A DNA stretch of 64,000 nucleotides. Origin: Podarcis tiliguerta. Its lineage: Eukaryota. The notes under the pieces are model-generated. The model was not told where the DNA came from. It searched no databases and saw only the letters and a list, made by a program, of their open reading frames with translations. Where the stretch lies: NCBI GenBank assembly GCA_965153285.1, contig OZ229117.1, one strand, 5' to 3'. Position numbers and translations under genes: made by a program. The stretch's first letter is position 1, and each line of letters begins with the position of its first letter. This document shows positions 23,201 to 37,100 of the stretch, in pieces.

Positions 23201-26200
23201 GGCTGCCCTAGAACATAAGCAGGTTGCTTTCCCTTCCTCCCACCAGAGTCTGCTGTGCTGCTTTCTATTGGCAGGTGTCTTGCCAGCACGATTGTTGAGG
23301 AGGACAGTGTTGGACAACACCTGCTGCCCCAGAGTACACAAGCAGATCCTGCTGGGGTACCCTGTGCTTCTCTGCACATCAGAGTGACTTTCAGTTGTGA
23401 TGCTGAAAAGTCGAGGCACCATAAAGTGTCCATGAAACAACTTTGCAGGGCACTCTGTTAGGATGATATGCTGTGATCCTCAAGAGAAGTGTGTGTCCCC
23501 AGTTTTCTGTACAGTGGTACCTCGTGTTACGTACTTAATCCGTTATGGAGCTCTGTTCGTAACAGGAAACGGCTCGTAACATGAGGCGCGCTTTCTCTAA
23601 TGGCGCCTCCCACTGCTGCTGCGCCGCCGGAGTGCAACTTCTGCTAGCATCCCTGGGCAAAGGTCGCAACAAGGGGCATCTACTTCCAAGTTAGCAGAGC
23701 GTGTAACCTGCAGCATTCGTAAGGGGGACGGTATATGACACGAGGTACCACTATGCTGTGCTGGCTGACCTGGGGTGATGGGAGTTGTAATCAAAAAAGT
23801 GGGATTTGGGGGGCTCTTCATGTCAGCCTCACATGCACAGTGGTGTAGGTGAGTTGGGGGATCTGGCCTGTGTACTTGGATGGGGCACAGTGGATCCCTT
23901 GCAGTTTCAGAAGGGAATGCAGTCGGCTCTTGTAGCAGAAGCCAGGCTGCAGCTCAATGGTGGGACGTCCTGGATTCAGCTGCCCAAATCTCCAGTGGCT
24001 GGAGCCCCGAAGAATTTCTGCCAAATGGAGCAAGTGGCATTACTGGGGATGGGGGTGGCATGCCAGCACTCCTCATAGACCCATTGAAGTTACCTGGACA
24101 TGGCTAATTCAAGCTGCTTAATTTCAGTGCGTATACTCTGAGCAGGACTTAATTGAATATCACCCTAAATCTTGCCACCTACTAGTATATTAGGCAAATT
24201 CCTAAGTTGAAAAGAGCACAAATACAAGCAGAACTTGTCCAGAGTGGGTAATCACATTGTACTGTAATAGAGAATTAGTGGTTTCTGGGAACCAGCTGCT
24301 GAAAGCCTTGTGGCTGTGGCGAATGGCCCATGTTTTGACTTTGGGATGAATGGTTGGAATCAACTCCACCAAAATGGCTTCTTCCCTTGCAGTATAGCCT
24401 GGTGGCCTGGACAGGTTTTGTTCCAGCACATCAGCAGTAGTGTGAATGGATGGTTCAGTACTGAAGGAAATTGTGGGTGGAAGAGAGGCCAGGCATTGCT
24501 CTCCGTTGCTCTTGCCTACAGTTGGTAGAAGATGCTCTCTTCATTTTAACTTCTTTAACATAAAACAGGATCTCGTGTTTCAAGCTCGGGGGGTGGGGGT
24601 GGGTCCTGACTCTTGAGATAGATCAGTTAGTAGACCGTGAGACTCTTAATTTCAGGATGGTGCATTTGAGCTCCACATCCTGCATTGCAGATTCCTGCAT
24701 TGCAGGGAGTTGGACCTGATGACCCTCGTGGTCCCTTCCAACTCTACAATTCTGTGGTTCTATGGTTTCTCAGTCCTGCTGAAGCAGAACATAGAACCAG
24801 CTGCTCCAGAGACAACGTCCTGCACAGAAGAGGCAGCTGGCAGTGTCTGATCCTAATGGCAGCGATGCTGTAGTGCAGCTTTTCCCAACCTGGTCCCTTC
24901 CAGGTGTTTTGGACTCTCAGCCCCAGTATCCTATGGCTACGTTGGCTAGGGCTGATGGGAGTTGTAGTCCAAGACACCAGGAGGGCACCAAGTTGGGAGA
25001 ATGAGGATGCCTTACAGAGCTGACCAAGGTTCAGCCTTGAGTAGGATGCCCGCTGCTGAGAGGATGGCGGCCTCTCAAGGGCTCTGCTTTTCCTGGTTGA
25101 TACCCTGTGCTGCTGCCTCCTTCCTTGAGCAAGCAGGCAGATCGTTTGCAAGAGCCCCATCAGTCAGCTGTTTTGCATTTCCTTCTTAGCAGATGACTCA
25201 TGGCCAGTGTTGAACTTCACTTTGAATTTCCGGTGTGGAAGCTGTAACTCCCCCCCCCCCACTCCCCCACTCAGGGTAAAGTGGTTGCCTCAGCGTATCG
25301 TGCTGCTAAATCTCACTGGACAGAATTATGCACAGCATGAAAGAGAGAGAGACCATTTTGAGTCCATGTTTGTAGTGGGGTGGTCTGGGTCTGCATTTGG
25401 TAGAGCCAGGCTTTGCCGCCCACCCCTGTCTAAAAACATCAGCTGTCTCTCTGGCACACACCTGCTGAGTCTTGCTGCAGCTTCTAGCTTTGCTTCTTAG
25501 GGCTAGGAGATCCTGGCCTTGTTACTGAGGAAAGGGCACGTTCTTGCAAGCAGGGATTAGAAACCCAAAGCCTTTTTGCTGTAATCTGCTCCTGAAAGCA
25601 AAAGGGCAGAGCTCTGGATCCCTGCAGCGTGCAGCTCTCCTGGTGAAAGCACCGCATGTGGTCCTTATACCTATCACAAACCCATCTTACCTGTCACCTT
25701 CAAGAAGCAGGTATAAGTCTGCATGGGGGGGGCAATGCTGATGCTCAGAAATGATTAGCACAAGAAGGCAACATCTCAGACACTCCAGGTGTTCTGGAAA
25801 GCAGCAGACAATTTGGTATTCAGATTTGTTTCTAGGGAAATTCAAGTGCTGTGTTAGTCTTTTGCATCTGGCTGGTGCTTGTTGGTTTAGGAGAGGTCCT
25901 GAAGTAGGCAGGTCTCCCCCAGGAATGTTGCACAGCCCTAATCGACTTTTGCATTAAACATAAAGCACAGAAAACTTCTCAGTAGTGTGAGAATATGTTT
26001 CATGTAGATTCTTAGTGCTCAGTTAGTTCAGTTGGTTAGAACATGCTGCTAATAATGCCAAGGTTGCAGGATTGATCGCATACGGGCCAAGTAAATATCT
26101 TAGAGAGCCAATGTTGTGTAGTGGACCTTGGAGACCAGGGCTCAGGTTCCCACTCACCTGTGAAACTCTTTGGGTGACACTGGGCCAATTGCTGTAGCTT

Positions 26201-28109
26201 GACCTAACCTGCCTCATAGGGCTGTTGTAGGGCAGGCATAGGCAAACTCCAGCCCTCCAGAAGTTTGGGACTACAATTCCCATCATCCCTAGCTAACAGG
26301 ACCAGTGGTCATGGTTGCAGGATAGCTGGGGTTGCAGGATAGCTGGGGTTATAATAAATCTAAGAAATAAATAATTCCAGAGCGGAGGCACCTTCCACCT
26401 GTTTCTCCTTTTTGCTAGTCCTCATCTATGCTTGAGCTTCCCAGCTCTTTGCCTGCCTGAGCCCTTCAGAGTTTGGAGAGCTCTGACCTTTGTTGGGCCA
26501 GAGACAAGCTGTTCCCATCCCCTCTTTGTTGGCTGTTGAAGGAGAGCTTTCCTGTGACTCATCCTATTCCATCTGTACACCTTTTCCTGTGGAATAAACG
26601 TGTTTGCCACTTTTCCCAAGGAGCCTGTAGACTAAACAGTAAAAGGAAATGAGCTGCTGAAAAGGCCCCGGCCAGCCGGCAAGAGCTGAGCCCCATCAAC
26701 AGGCCAGGTGGTAGAAGGGCATCCTATTCTAACCCTGATTGTGGGGGGCTGGGCTGCTGTTTCTCCCTCCTTGCCCCACTGGTGCATTTTATGGTTTATG
26801 CTCAGGTTCTTGAGCGATCCTCAACATTGCGGCTGTAGGGACTCCTCCACTCTCCATATAAGCCAGCTCACTTTGCCTTTGGATCTTTTTTGTTTGTTTG
26901 CTCCTAGTGAAGTATATGCGGGAAGCCAGCCCTTATATCAAGAAGCCGTCGCTGGTGTCGGATTTGCCTTGGGATGGGGTAGCTCCACAATCGCCCAGCC
27001 TTAGCGGCAGCGAGGATTCTGGCTCCCCAAAGCACCATGGCGCTGCCAAGGACCGTAAGGTGATCCCTTTGAAGATGTGCTACGCTGCGAGGAACCTGTG
27101 CATGCCGGATCTGGAGAACAGGTGAGCCCAGATGAAAGAGGAGGAGGGGAGGCATCTCAAATTGCAGTGGTGGTGCTGAAGTTTTGTTTTTCCTTTTCGT
27201 TTTGGTTTCACGGGGAGCCAGTGGCATGAGCTGGAGGGAGACCCAAACGCTCATGACTTCCCAGGCCTGGTTTTCCTAATATCCCACACTGCTCAGCGCC
27301 ACAGCCATACCCTGAGAATAATGAGCAGGGCTGAGTGCTCGCTGCTCTTTTTGCCAAGAAAAACAAGTGTGCTGTGCTGCTCGGGATGGATTATGCAGAT
27401 TTCCAGAAATGTTGAGTATTCTGGTTTCTGTTTTACAAGCAAGGAGGGCTATGCGTAGGAGTCAAGGGACAGGGTGGGGGCCTGCAGGTTGGGCTGCCAG
27501 ATTTCCATAGAGGAGACGCCCCTATGTGGCCAAGAAGAAGAACTTGGACTGACGTAGCTTCTCCTTAGCACCACAGTGGCAGGGGGAAAGCTGCACCCCT
27601 TTGCCGTCCAGCGATCCTGTCTCCACTGGGGACAGGCAGGAGGGCTAGTGATAATTGGGAAAGCTTCACAGCCCAGAGGCCTCACCACAGAGGGGGACTG
27701 AGGGGAAGGGCAGCCTGCTAATTCCACATCCCAGCTCTGTTCCTCATTTGTAGCAAAGGTCTGCAATGACTTCACTGGGCAGATGGCTCAGTCAGTGGCT
27801 ATTTGCCTGGAGAGGACCCCTTGCTGTTCCAAGGGGGCATGCCTCTGACTGGCAGGTGCCATCATGCCCTTCTTGTGGGTTGCCTGGATGCCTCTTGCTG
27901 GTTGCTTTTGTGGTGGTAAGAGGGGGACACAGAGCTGTGAGTCCTGGAGGGGTCCTGAGCTCAAGAGGCCAGTCGTATTATTTATTGCAAGTTGTCCCGA
28001 CCTGTCCCTGCTGGAAGTTCAGGATATGTTTGCTTTGGGCGTAGACAGGATGCAAATCTAATCCGCACGTTGGCTTCCTTCCACGGAGGGGAGATGAAAG
28101 TTGGACTGG

Positions 28110-28190
<81 letters not shown>

Positions 28191-31100
28191 CCATAGAGGA
28201 AGTGTCGGTTCATCCTCACGTTCCTTTGCTGGGTGTTGAGTTTCAGCTGGCTGGGGCAGCTCTTGCAGCAGCGGAGGGGGAAGGGGAGGGCAAGGCAGGC
28301 CGCAAAGAGGAGACCGCAGGCTCCTGATTCATTCACCCAACTAATTGCAAGTGCCCTTTGCAGGAAACTCCTGGCCTTTGGGCGGCTTGCCAGGGACCTC
28401 CACGCTGTGCCGCTTCCCCCTCCCTGCTCTGCTTGCGGTCTGGGGCCTGGCTGCCTTCCAGGTTGCCTTTGCACCCTTTTCTGCAGCGCTAGGCAACGGC
28501 CCGCTGACTGATGGAAGGTTCTCTTCCGAGTGGCAAAGAAAGCCCTGCTCGGGGCAGACCCAGGCAGACAGATAATGTCCTCCCCCCACCCCGCCACCTC
28601 CGCCCTTGCAAGGCTGCTGTTTCTCTTTCGCCTCCTCCCCCAGTCTCTCACCGGAAGGTTCTTGTTTTTATTTGGAGACAGAACAGGCAGCAGGAGGGTC
28701 AGGATCTCTGGATGACTTGAAGTAGAGTAGCAAAAGTTAAAAAAGGGGATAAGAAACAGCAGCAAAAAGGCTTTTCCTCTTGTAAACTAGGCTGTTAAAA
28801 CAAAGAGAGGCTGAAAAGTTGGTGGGGGGGGGGGAGGGAAAGCAGGAATGGGTTGTTGTTTTTGTGCCTGAAAGGGCTGTGAGCTGAGCTCTGGTACAGA
28901 CAGCAAAAAGTAAAGCATGGGTATAGCCCCTGTGGGCCCCCCCTTTCCTGACCATGTCTCTCCCCCCCATCCCATCCATTGCTGCCACTGTTTTACACCT
29001 GGCTGTCACTGGTGAGCCTTGGGATCCTTTCAAAATCCAAAATAGATCCCGCAAGCCTGAAGACTTCTCATACCTAACTGAGCATGTGCTTCATCCCACA
29101 CTCTTTAGTCCAGGAGGACATTCATAGCTGTCCAAAGAATCCAAGAAGAGAATAAAACAATATTTAGCATAAAAGTGATTTGTTCATTTGTTGCGTTTAT
29201 ATACTGCCTTACTGCAGTTTAATGCTCGGACTCCGCAGACTTGGTTCTTAATTGGTGTGTGTAGCAGCCTTTTTCAGCCTGGTACCCTCCAGGTGTTGTT
29301 GGACCAGCAGCCCCAGCCACCAGGGCCATATTATGGTGGGGGCAATGGCAGGTTGTAGCCTAGCCAAGCCATGAGCAAGGAGGGCTTAGAAAACCAGCTC
29401 ACTGTCCCAAAAGCAAAGATATGCAGTGTTTGAGTGCAGGGGAGATGGAAAGAGGCAGATGTCCAGAGCTAGGTTTCCACAAATGCTTTCTTGTGGAAAT
29501 AGCCCTCCTTTGTTGCTTCATGGTTGAGGTCAAGTGCTTTGAAAGTAGGCAGGTTGCAGCTTGTAGAGCCTACCTGCATGGCAGATTCTTCCTTCCCTTG
29601 ACATTTTCTGTTTGGCATCAGCTGTTACCACCTGGGCAAGTCACTTCCTGTCAGCTCTTGAGCCTGGGCTGTACGTGGGCAGCTTTCCACACTCTCCCTG
29701 CCTCAAGAAAGCAGCCAAGACACTCCGGTTCCAATAAAAGACTTCCTTGCAAAGCAGCCAGACACTCTGCAGACTCCAGGCTGCTTGCGTGTTCCCTGGG
29801 GGTACAAAAAGCCATCTTGATTCAGAGCCTCTAAGTGAAGCTTGTCCCTGACACTCTCATGGCATGGGCCTTACTTGCTCCAGATCTTTCCAGTGGATGA
29901 CAGCCCTGTAACGCTGACTGTAAGGAGGCGCTGATGCCTTCAGGGTCGGAGAGCACTGCAAGAGCAGCGGAGGGCAGTCAGGATGGCTCCTTTAAGCTCA
30001 GGGTTAGAGAGAGGCTGTGACCTTCCTCCTAGTGCTGGTGGGCTGGTGCTTCCATCATCCCTGACCACTGGCTGTGCTGGCTGCTGGGGGAGTTTGTTTT
30101 CCCACTGCCTCTGTAGCTTCCCTACCCTGATCTTCACTCCTCTAGAGGTGTGCACAGCGAAGCAGTTGAATCTGCAAGGCTGCAGAGGCGAGGTTGCATT
30201 TTCTGCACCAAAAAAGGGCTGGATTCTGTGAGCTGAATCAGTGATTCATTTCGGAATGTATATGCAATGCAGAATCCTCTGCTTCTATCAGCCATGGTGT
30301 GTGTGGCAGGTAGGGAGGCAGAGTTGGGGGCTGCAGCCCAAGTCCCTGGTTGTGGCAAGTCCTGCTCAGCTCCCCTGTGGTGCCTGACTGGGGCTTTACC
30401 TGCCTTTCTATCTGCACACCTTTGGTCTTCACTTGAAAGGCAAAATGTTTGTTGCTTATAAATGAAAGCACTTAATTGCATCGCCGTCACACAAGCTGCC
30501 AACTGTTCCTGTTGTGATGGGTGGCTACTCTTCCTTGGGGGGGAGGGTCAACCATCTTGAACCATCTAGAGTGCCCCTCTCATCTTCCCTGCCCCCCCCC
30601 ACTTGGTCTGGAGAGATCGCTCAGAGAGCAGAGAGAGTCTTTTGCAACCCTGTTGGCGGATTAGCAGAATAATCCCAGGGGAAGAGGTTACCTTTCTGCT
30701 GTGTTTGCCCTTATCCAATCAACCCAAACAGGAGTGAAATTATTGTGGGTGGAGCTGGGGTGGAGCAAGCAAAATCTGTTTCCCCAGGAGGTTAGCTTGA
30801 CACGAGGATGGGGGAAGCAGGGCAGGGCCTCCAACTGGGTTGGAGAAGCAGCTGCAGCCTTTGCCAGTGATCTGGAGAGCGGAGTCGATTTTGCAACATT
30901 TCCAGTTTGGCTTATCAGATCTCTTAATAGGCTGAAGAAGGTTGGTGCTAGGCTTTTGGCTCCTAGATAGTACAAATTCCCCCAAACAGTTTTGACCATT
31001 TTTGCTCCTTGACTCCTGCTGTTTGCCATGCATTTCAGGTGGCACACCCTAAATTTCACTAATGGAAGTGCAAAAATTTCACTTGCCACACGGATGCAGT

Positions 31101-34100
31101 GCTTGGCTTTCCTTGGGCAGTCATAATGCTTGATGGATCCATAGTGGCAGTTGGACCACGTGGCTGGGATTAAGCCCCTCAAACTGCCCGCCTTGTAGCA
31201 TGTTCCTCCTCAAAGTGCTGCAGTGCTGTCTTAACACCTTCCCTTGGCAGATTGAGATGTACGCAGCAGCTGATACATCTCTGGAGGCCATGCAGGGAGA
31301 GTGGACTTTGCCATGTCTTACCGCCTTTTTCTTGTGTGTTCCGCACTTCATTTTTTCCCTAAACAGTGACCCTGGGAGATGGTTTGGCCCAGTCGAAATC
31401 CCTCCTATGTTCCGAGTGGGACAGGCAGGCAGTCACCCAGAAGCAACTGCTTGCGAGAAGCATGTTCTGCAGCCTGAGCCAAAAGTAGCTTCTCCTTTGG
31501 AGCTTACCTGGCCAAAGGGAGGAGTGAACAGAGTTCTCTTTGCAGGTTGCTGCAAGTCCCATCGGGTCAGACAAGCTATCGCCTCTTCCTATTTGTGTGC
31601 AAAGTGTAAAATCAATTACATAGCCCCGTAGCAGCCACTCATTCATGGAGAAGTAACCTACGTAGAAGGCTTTTACACAGCTCCAATGCCCCAGATCACC
31701 AAATGGTGGGGGAAGAAGGAAGGTGACAGAGTCTTTGGTCTCCCTCTGCTAGGGTATGCTGTTGAGTACAAGGAAGCAGCAGTTAAGTGAATAAACCCGG
31801 CTCATGAATTCCCGCCTTCTCCACTTTGCTTTAGCTGCCAAGAGGTGGGTCTGCTGGAGGGTGGAGGCTGCCATTAAGGGCTCTGGCTGCAGCTTCTCCA
31901 TCTGCCAAGAGGTGGGTAGAGCAAGCAGCAAGGTTGCTGTCACTTTCTGGTGGGGGAGGGCAGGCTGGATGCCCGGCACCCATGCTCTTTGGTGGTATAT
32001 GTGAGTGTAGCCAGGGATGGGCCTGGGTATGATCGTTGCCCTCAAGAAGAAGCCAGCAGAGTGCTCAAGGCCACACTCCACCTAATTCTGCCCCTCAGGA
32101 CTGGGAGCTAAGGCCTTACTGCCGCCACCTCCTAACCGGGACTGTTGCTTCTCCTTAGACACCCTTTAGCAATCATGAGCAAATATGTTGCAGCCCCTTT
32201 TCAGCCCAAGGGCCACATTCCCTCGTGAGCAACCTTCTGAGGGCCAATTGGCAGTGGTGGGCAAAACCAGAGGAATAAGTGGGGAGAGCAAAAAATGTGA
32301 GTGTTGCTTTTTTGTAGTAGGCTCGTTTGTGCACGCACACACATGCACACCCCTATCTAGCTCTGGGCAAGAAAGAGGCTTCCCCACGGTTTAAGGACAC
32401 ATTTCTGGCCAAGCAAGTACTCTTGAGGACGCAGTGAAGAAGGGGCAATGAGAGGCCTGGCCAGGGGAGGGTTTTGAGAGCCAGGTGCAGAGGCCTAGAG
32501 GGCTGCATTTGGCCCCTTGACTACTTAACCATTGATTCTGTGCTGACTCCAATTGCTCAGCTCTCCTGTGAGGATGGGTCCTCTTTGGGGAAGGAGCTGG
32601 AGATCAGTGGCAGAGCTTATGATGTGCATCCAGAAGGTCGCAGATTCAATCCCTGGCATCTCCAGGCAGGGCTGAGAAGGAAGGACTCCCTGTTCCGAAA
32701 TCCTGGAAGACCATTGCTACTACCAGCACAAGTGGTACTGAGATAGATGGACCAGTGGTGGCATTTGGTAGAAGTCAGATTCCTGCAGGCACTTGGCAGT
32801 CCAGACCATTTCTTCTGGCAGCCTCCCCACTAAGTTCATCCTGCCCTTCCTTCCTTCCTTCCCTGCGCAGGTTGATAGAGTTGCACTCGCCTGACAGCCG
32901 GAACACCCTGATCCTCCGCTGCAAGGACACGGCCACGGCACACTCCTGGTTCATGGCCATCCACACCAACATCATGGCTCTCCTCCCGCAAGTCCTGGCC
33001 GAGCTCAATGCCATGCTGGCCACCAGCAACACGCCGGGGAGCAGCAAGGAGGTCAAGCACATCGCGTGGTTGGCGGAACAGGTGGGCCAGGAGACTGGAA
33101 GCTCTGTGTGGCTCTGTGCAGTGGAGGTTCAAAAGCTCTTTGGGATTGCAGTGGGGCGTTATTGACGGCCTGAACATAAGAAGAGCATGCTGGATCAGGC
33201 CAGTGACCCATCTAGTTCAGCATCATGGTCTCACGGTGGCCGACCTATCTTGCTTCCCTCCCACCTTTTAGGAGAGATGTCAGCTGGTGACTGGACATGT
33301 AATATCTGGTACCTCCTCCTGCCCATGGTGCTTGTGAGGGGAGAACACTCTTCTCCTCACTGCCCAGCCCAACACAGAAGTCCTTGGCTGAGCTTCCTCC
33401 CGCAGTGAACTTGAAAAATGCATCGGGTGGAGGGTGGGATGCTCGGAAGAGGCTCTGCCATTGGTGGGAAAATCCCTGTTCTGTATTCAGGCTGTTGGAT
33501 GTATCATTTCAAGGCTGAAAGGAGTCTGGGAGCTGCTGTGCCCTGGGCACTTTGTCTCAGTATTGTTACATTTGCACACCTTGCTCTAGTCTGTTTCTGC
33601 TGCCTTGTTTCCCTGCTTAGGCTTGTTAACCCCTGGGGGAGGAGAGCGGGGGGGGGGGGGACCCGTCTGTCTCTGCCCTTTTCAGAGTAGGTGGACCCAG
33701 CACTGCCCTGGCCCCTCAGACTCTCTGGGACAGCCTTTGCTGACTTGGTGGCTCTCATGAGCCTCAGCCTGCATGTTAGTTTTGGGCTCCACCTCCCATC
33801 AGCCCCTGGGTCATATGGCCCTGCTGGCCCGGGGCTGATGGGAGTTGTCACCCCAACTATCTGGAAGGCACCAGGCTGGGGAAAGCTGTTTTAAGGTGTC
33901 ACTAGACCCTAGGTGTTTTGCTGCAACAAGTTAGCATGGCTTCCTCTTGGTTTTGAGCCACCCCAGCCCTCAGTTTTTGTGCTCGCACCCACCACCTTCA
34001 GTCAACAATGTAAGCAGTTGCTTGGATAATCTGATGCCACAACAACACACTCTTCTTTTACTGCAGATGGAGCTTTAAATGTGTTTTGCACGTGCAGAAT

Positions 34101-37100
34101 CGTGTCCTTCAAGTTATTGTTGTGCAGGGCGGAGGGTGTTTGTGGTAGCTTTCATCCTTCCCATTATTTCCACTGCTGCCTTGAACCCTGCAGAAGGAAT
34201 CTGCTGTCAGCATCTTGGGATCTAGCCTTTCTATAGGGCTGGATTCCTGTACCTAGGAAGAGGCAGCAACAGCCCCAGCTTCCTGTCCAACCAGGCATGG
34301 CTCCATGCCAAGGGCAACAGGCAGGGCCCAGCCTTGCTTTGCAATGAAGTGAGACCTGTTGCTTGTTTCCTGGGATACGTCTGACTTGTGCCATGGAAGG
34401 TGCAGGAGAGCCTGGCAGGCAGTGGGAGAGAAATAGGAGCCTAGACTGGAGGAGGAGGTAGGCTGGTACTTAGGTGCCGCAGGGTGAAATCCTGGCTCTG
34501 TGGCTGCCTTGCATTCTGCTAGCAGCAACTGGCAATTCCTAGCACAGCAGCTCCAGTTCCTGGTCTTCTGTCCCATAGCACAAGGGGGTGGTATGGAACA
34601 CATGCAAACACCAAGGGTACCCTCCACTTCTGGTACTTCTACCCTCCACCTTCTGTTTGCCAGCTTTGAAGTGCCTGAAAGATTGGGGCAGGGAGGAAAT
34701 GTGAGTAAAAGGAGCCCTGCCCCGTCAGTGTTGCATGCCGAATGTCCCAGGTTCAATCCCTGATGGCATTTCCAGATAGGACCGAGAGAGACTCCCTGCC
34801 TGAAACTCAGAGGAGCCACTGCTGCCAGTCAGTGCAGGCAGTACTGAGCTAGATGGACCCAAGGGTCTGACTCTGCAGAAGGAAGCACCCTGTGTTGCAA
34901 GATACATACAACACAGGATTGCAATTCATTTCCTTATTATGGAGTAAAAGGAAAAAAAATGGGAGCAGAGCTTTGATTAAAAGGCTCCTGTGTTCTCAAA
35001 GCCTGAGAGCCGTGTGGGAGAGTGACTTTCAGGATCCAGATCCGGCCTTGGGGTGGGAACAAAATATTCCTGTCTCTACAGTTCCTCATAGGCTTGCAAG
35101 GCCAGTCACCTCCCTCCTGCACTCTGTTCTTCCTGGCAGGTCCCTTCAGAAGGGTGTGTTCTCCACCCCTTATGTTCTTCCCCCAAATCCTTGCTTGCTT
35201 TGCTCATGGAGATGGACTGCCAACAACCCGCCCCCTTTCCCTCTTGTCTTCCCATAGGCCCGGCTGGATGGAGGCCGGCAGCAGTGGCGGCCAGCTCTCT
35301 TGGCCGTGACAGAGAAGGACTTGCTGCTCTATGACTGCATGCCATGGACAAGAGATGCCTGGGCCTCCCCGTGCCACAGCTACCCGCTTGTTGCCACCAG
35401 GTAAGGGAGCAAACAGGTGACTCTGTAAGAGGAAGAGTGTGGAGACTGCCAATCTGTGAACAGAGATGCCCTTGAGACCAGATGCCAGGGGAAGAGCAGA
35501 TTAAGACAGCCTTGCAAACAAATCAACAAACTGACTGACATATAAAGTCCAAGGGTGGTAGTCAACAAAGTGTGACCCTTTGAAATTAATGGATCATGTT
35601 GATACCACTCTGAGTGTGAGCCCAAGCTGTGTGTGCATACCAAGGGTGATGGTGGGGGGTGGGAGAGATCTGAGGAGAGAGTTGGCTTGCCCCTACCATG
35701 CTTGGCCTTTTGCCATCGGGGGTGGGCTGGCTGAGACAAAAACTTGGCAGTTCTGTGATCCTGCTGGAGAGTTAGGGGTGGGTGGGCTGACAACTTGCAA
35801 GAGGCTCTCCCTGTCTGGGCAGGCTCCTGCCACATTGCCTGCCCTGGCAACTGCCGCCGCCAAGCTAGTTGTGTTCCCGCCACCCGTTGGAAGCCTCCCC
35901 TGCAAGCCCCCAAGAGGTGTGGCTGCTGGCAGAGGTTTCTGGCAGCGTGCAGCAGCTGGATTCAATTAGGGTCCCTCCCAAACCATCCCTCCAGCCAAAA
36001 CTGGTTGGAGAGAGATTCTCAGGCCTCAGACCCTGCAGCTTCGGAACCGGCCCTTTCCCACCTCCCACATCCAGGAACTGTAGGGGTTTCTCTCCTGTGC
36101 CAGGTTTGCAGCCACTTGTTGAGTCTGTCAGGTGGATTTCTGGATGACTTTCCAGGTTTTTATGGGTGGGGGAGTTTCACAGGAGTGGTTTCTGCTTGCT
36201 CTTGTTGACCAAAAAACCTTCCTCCTCCTCCTCCTGCAGGCTAGTGCATTCTGGCTCAGGCCGCAGATCACCCTGCATGGGATCGGACCTCAGCTTTGCC
36301 ACGCGGACGGGCTGCCGCCAGGGCATTGCCATGCACATCTTCCGCGTGGAGACTCATCGGGACCTCTCCTCCTGGACCAGAATACTGGTGCAAGGCTGCC
36401 ACGCTGCTGCAGAGCTGGTCAAGGAGGTGTCTTTAGGTAAGTGGCCAGCAGCCCTGCCTCTCTGAAGCCTGGTTTGGGATTCTTGCCTGAGCTGCCTGGG
36501 CAGGGTGGAGGCTTGGCCCATTTGCTGCCTTGAGCAGCTGGGGAACCCAGGCCTTGCAGTGTTTGTCTTCCAAGCTCAACAGGAGAAGAGAATGATGCTT
36601 TTGCTCTTGAAGGGTGCATTTTCCAAGGCAAAACTTAAACACTCAAGCCAGGCTGAAATGTGATCATTGGGGTGTTGGTGCCAGTAAAAGCTACCCAGAG
36701 GCATATTTAATCTAGGGTTCTGTTCTCACAGTAGCCAGCCAGGATCCCTAAAAGGAAACTGGACCTGAGTGCAACATCAGTGCTCTCTCAACTCATGATT
36801 CCAGCAAATGGTATGCAGAGGCATCCTGTAGCTGGTGGGAGAACAGAGCCATTGTGGTTAGTGAGAGGAGAGTACAGCTGTTTGCGTTGATGAAGACCGA
36901 TGGTTAGACTGGTTGCTTGGTAGAAGTCTGGATGAGCTCAGAATATTTGAGGGGGGGAGCAAGGTGTGTATGTAATCCTCTGCTGTCAGGTAAGCTAGTC
37001 TGAGCCTTTGAAAACACCTTGGCTCAACCCCACTTATGCAAGATGAAGACGCCTGTAACTCTATCTGCTGGGAGGGAGCCGAGCACCGGGGAGAGAGGAG

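Noticed and set aside
28058-28765. 235-aa minus-strand ORF in SNTB2 intron 2
   Set aside because: Non-ATG start, runs through the dinucleotide microsatellite (CV/ER repeats), no homology I can recognise.
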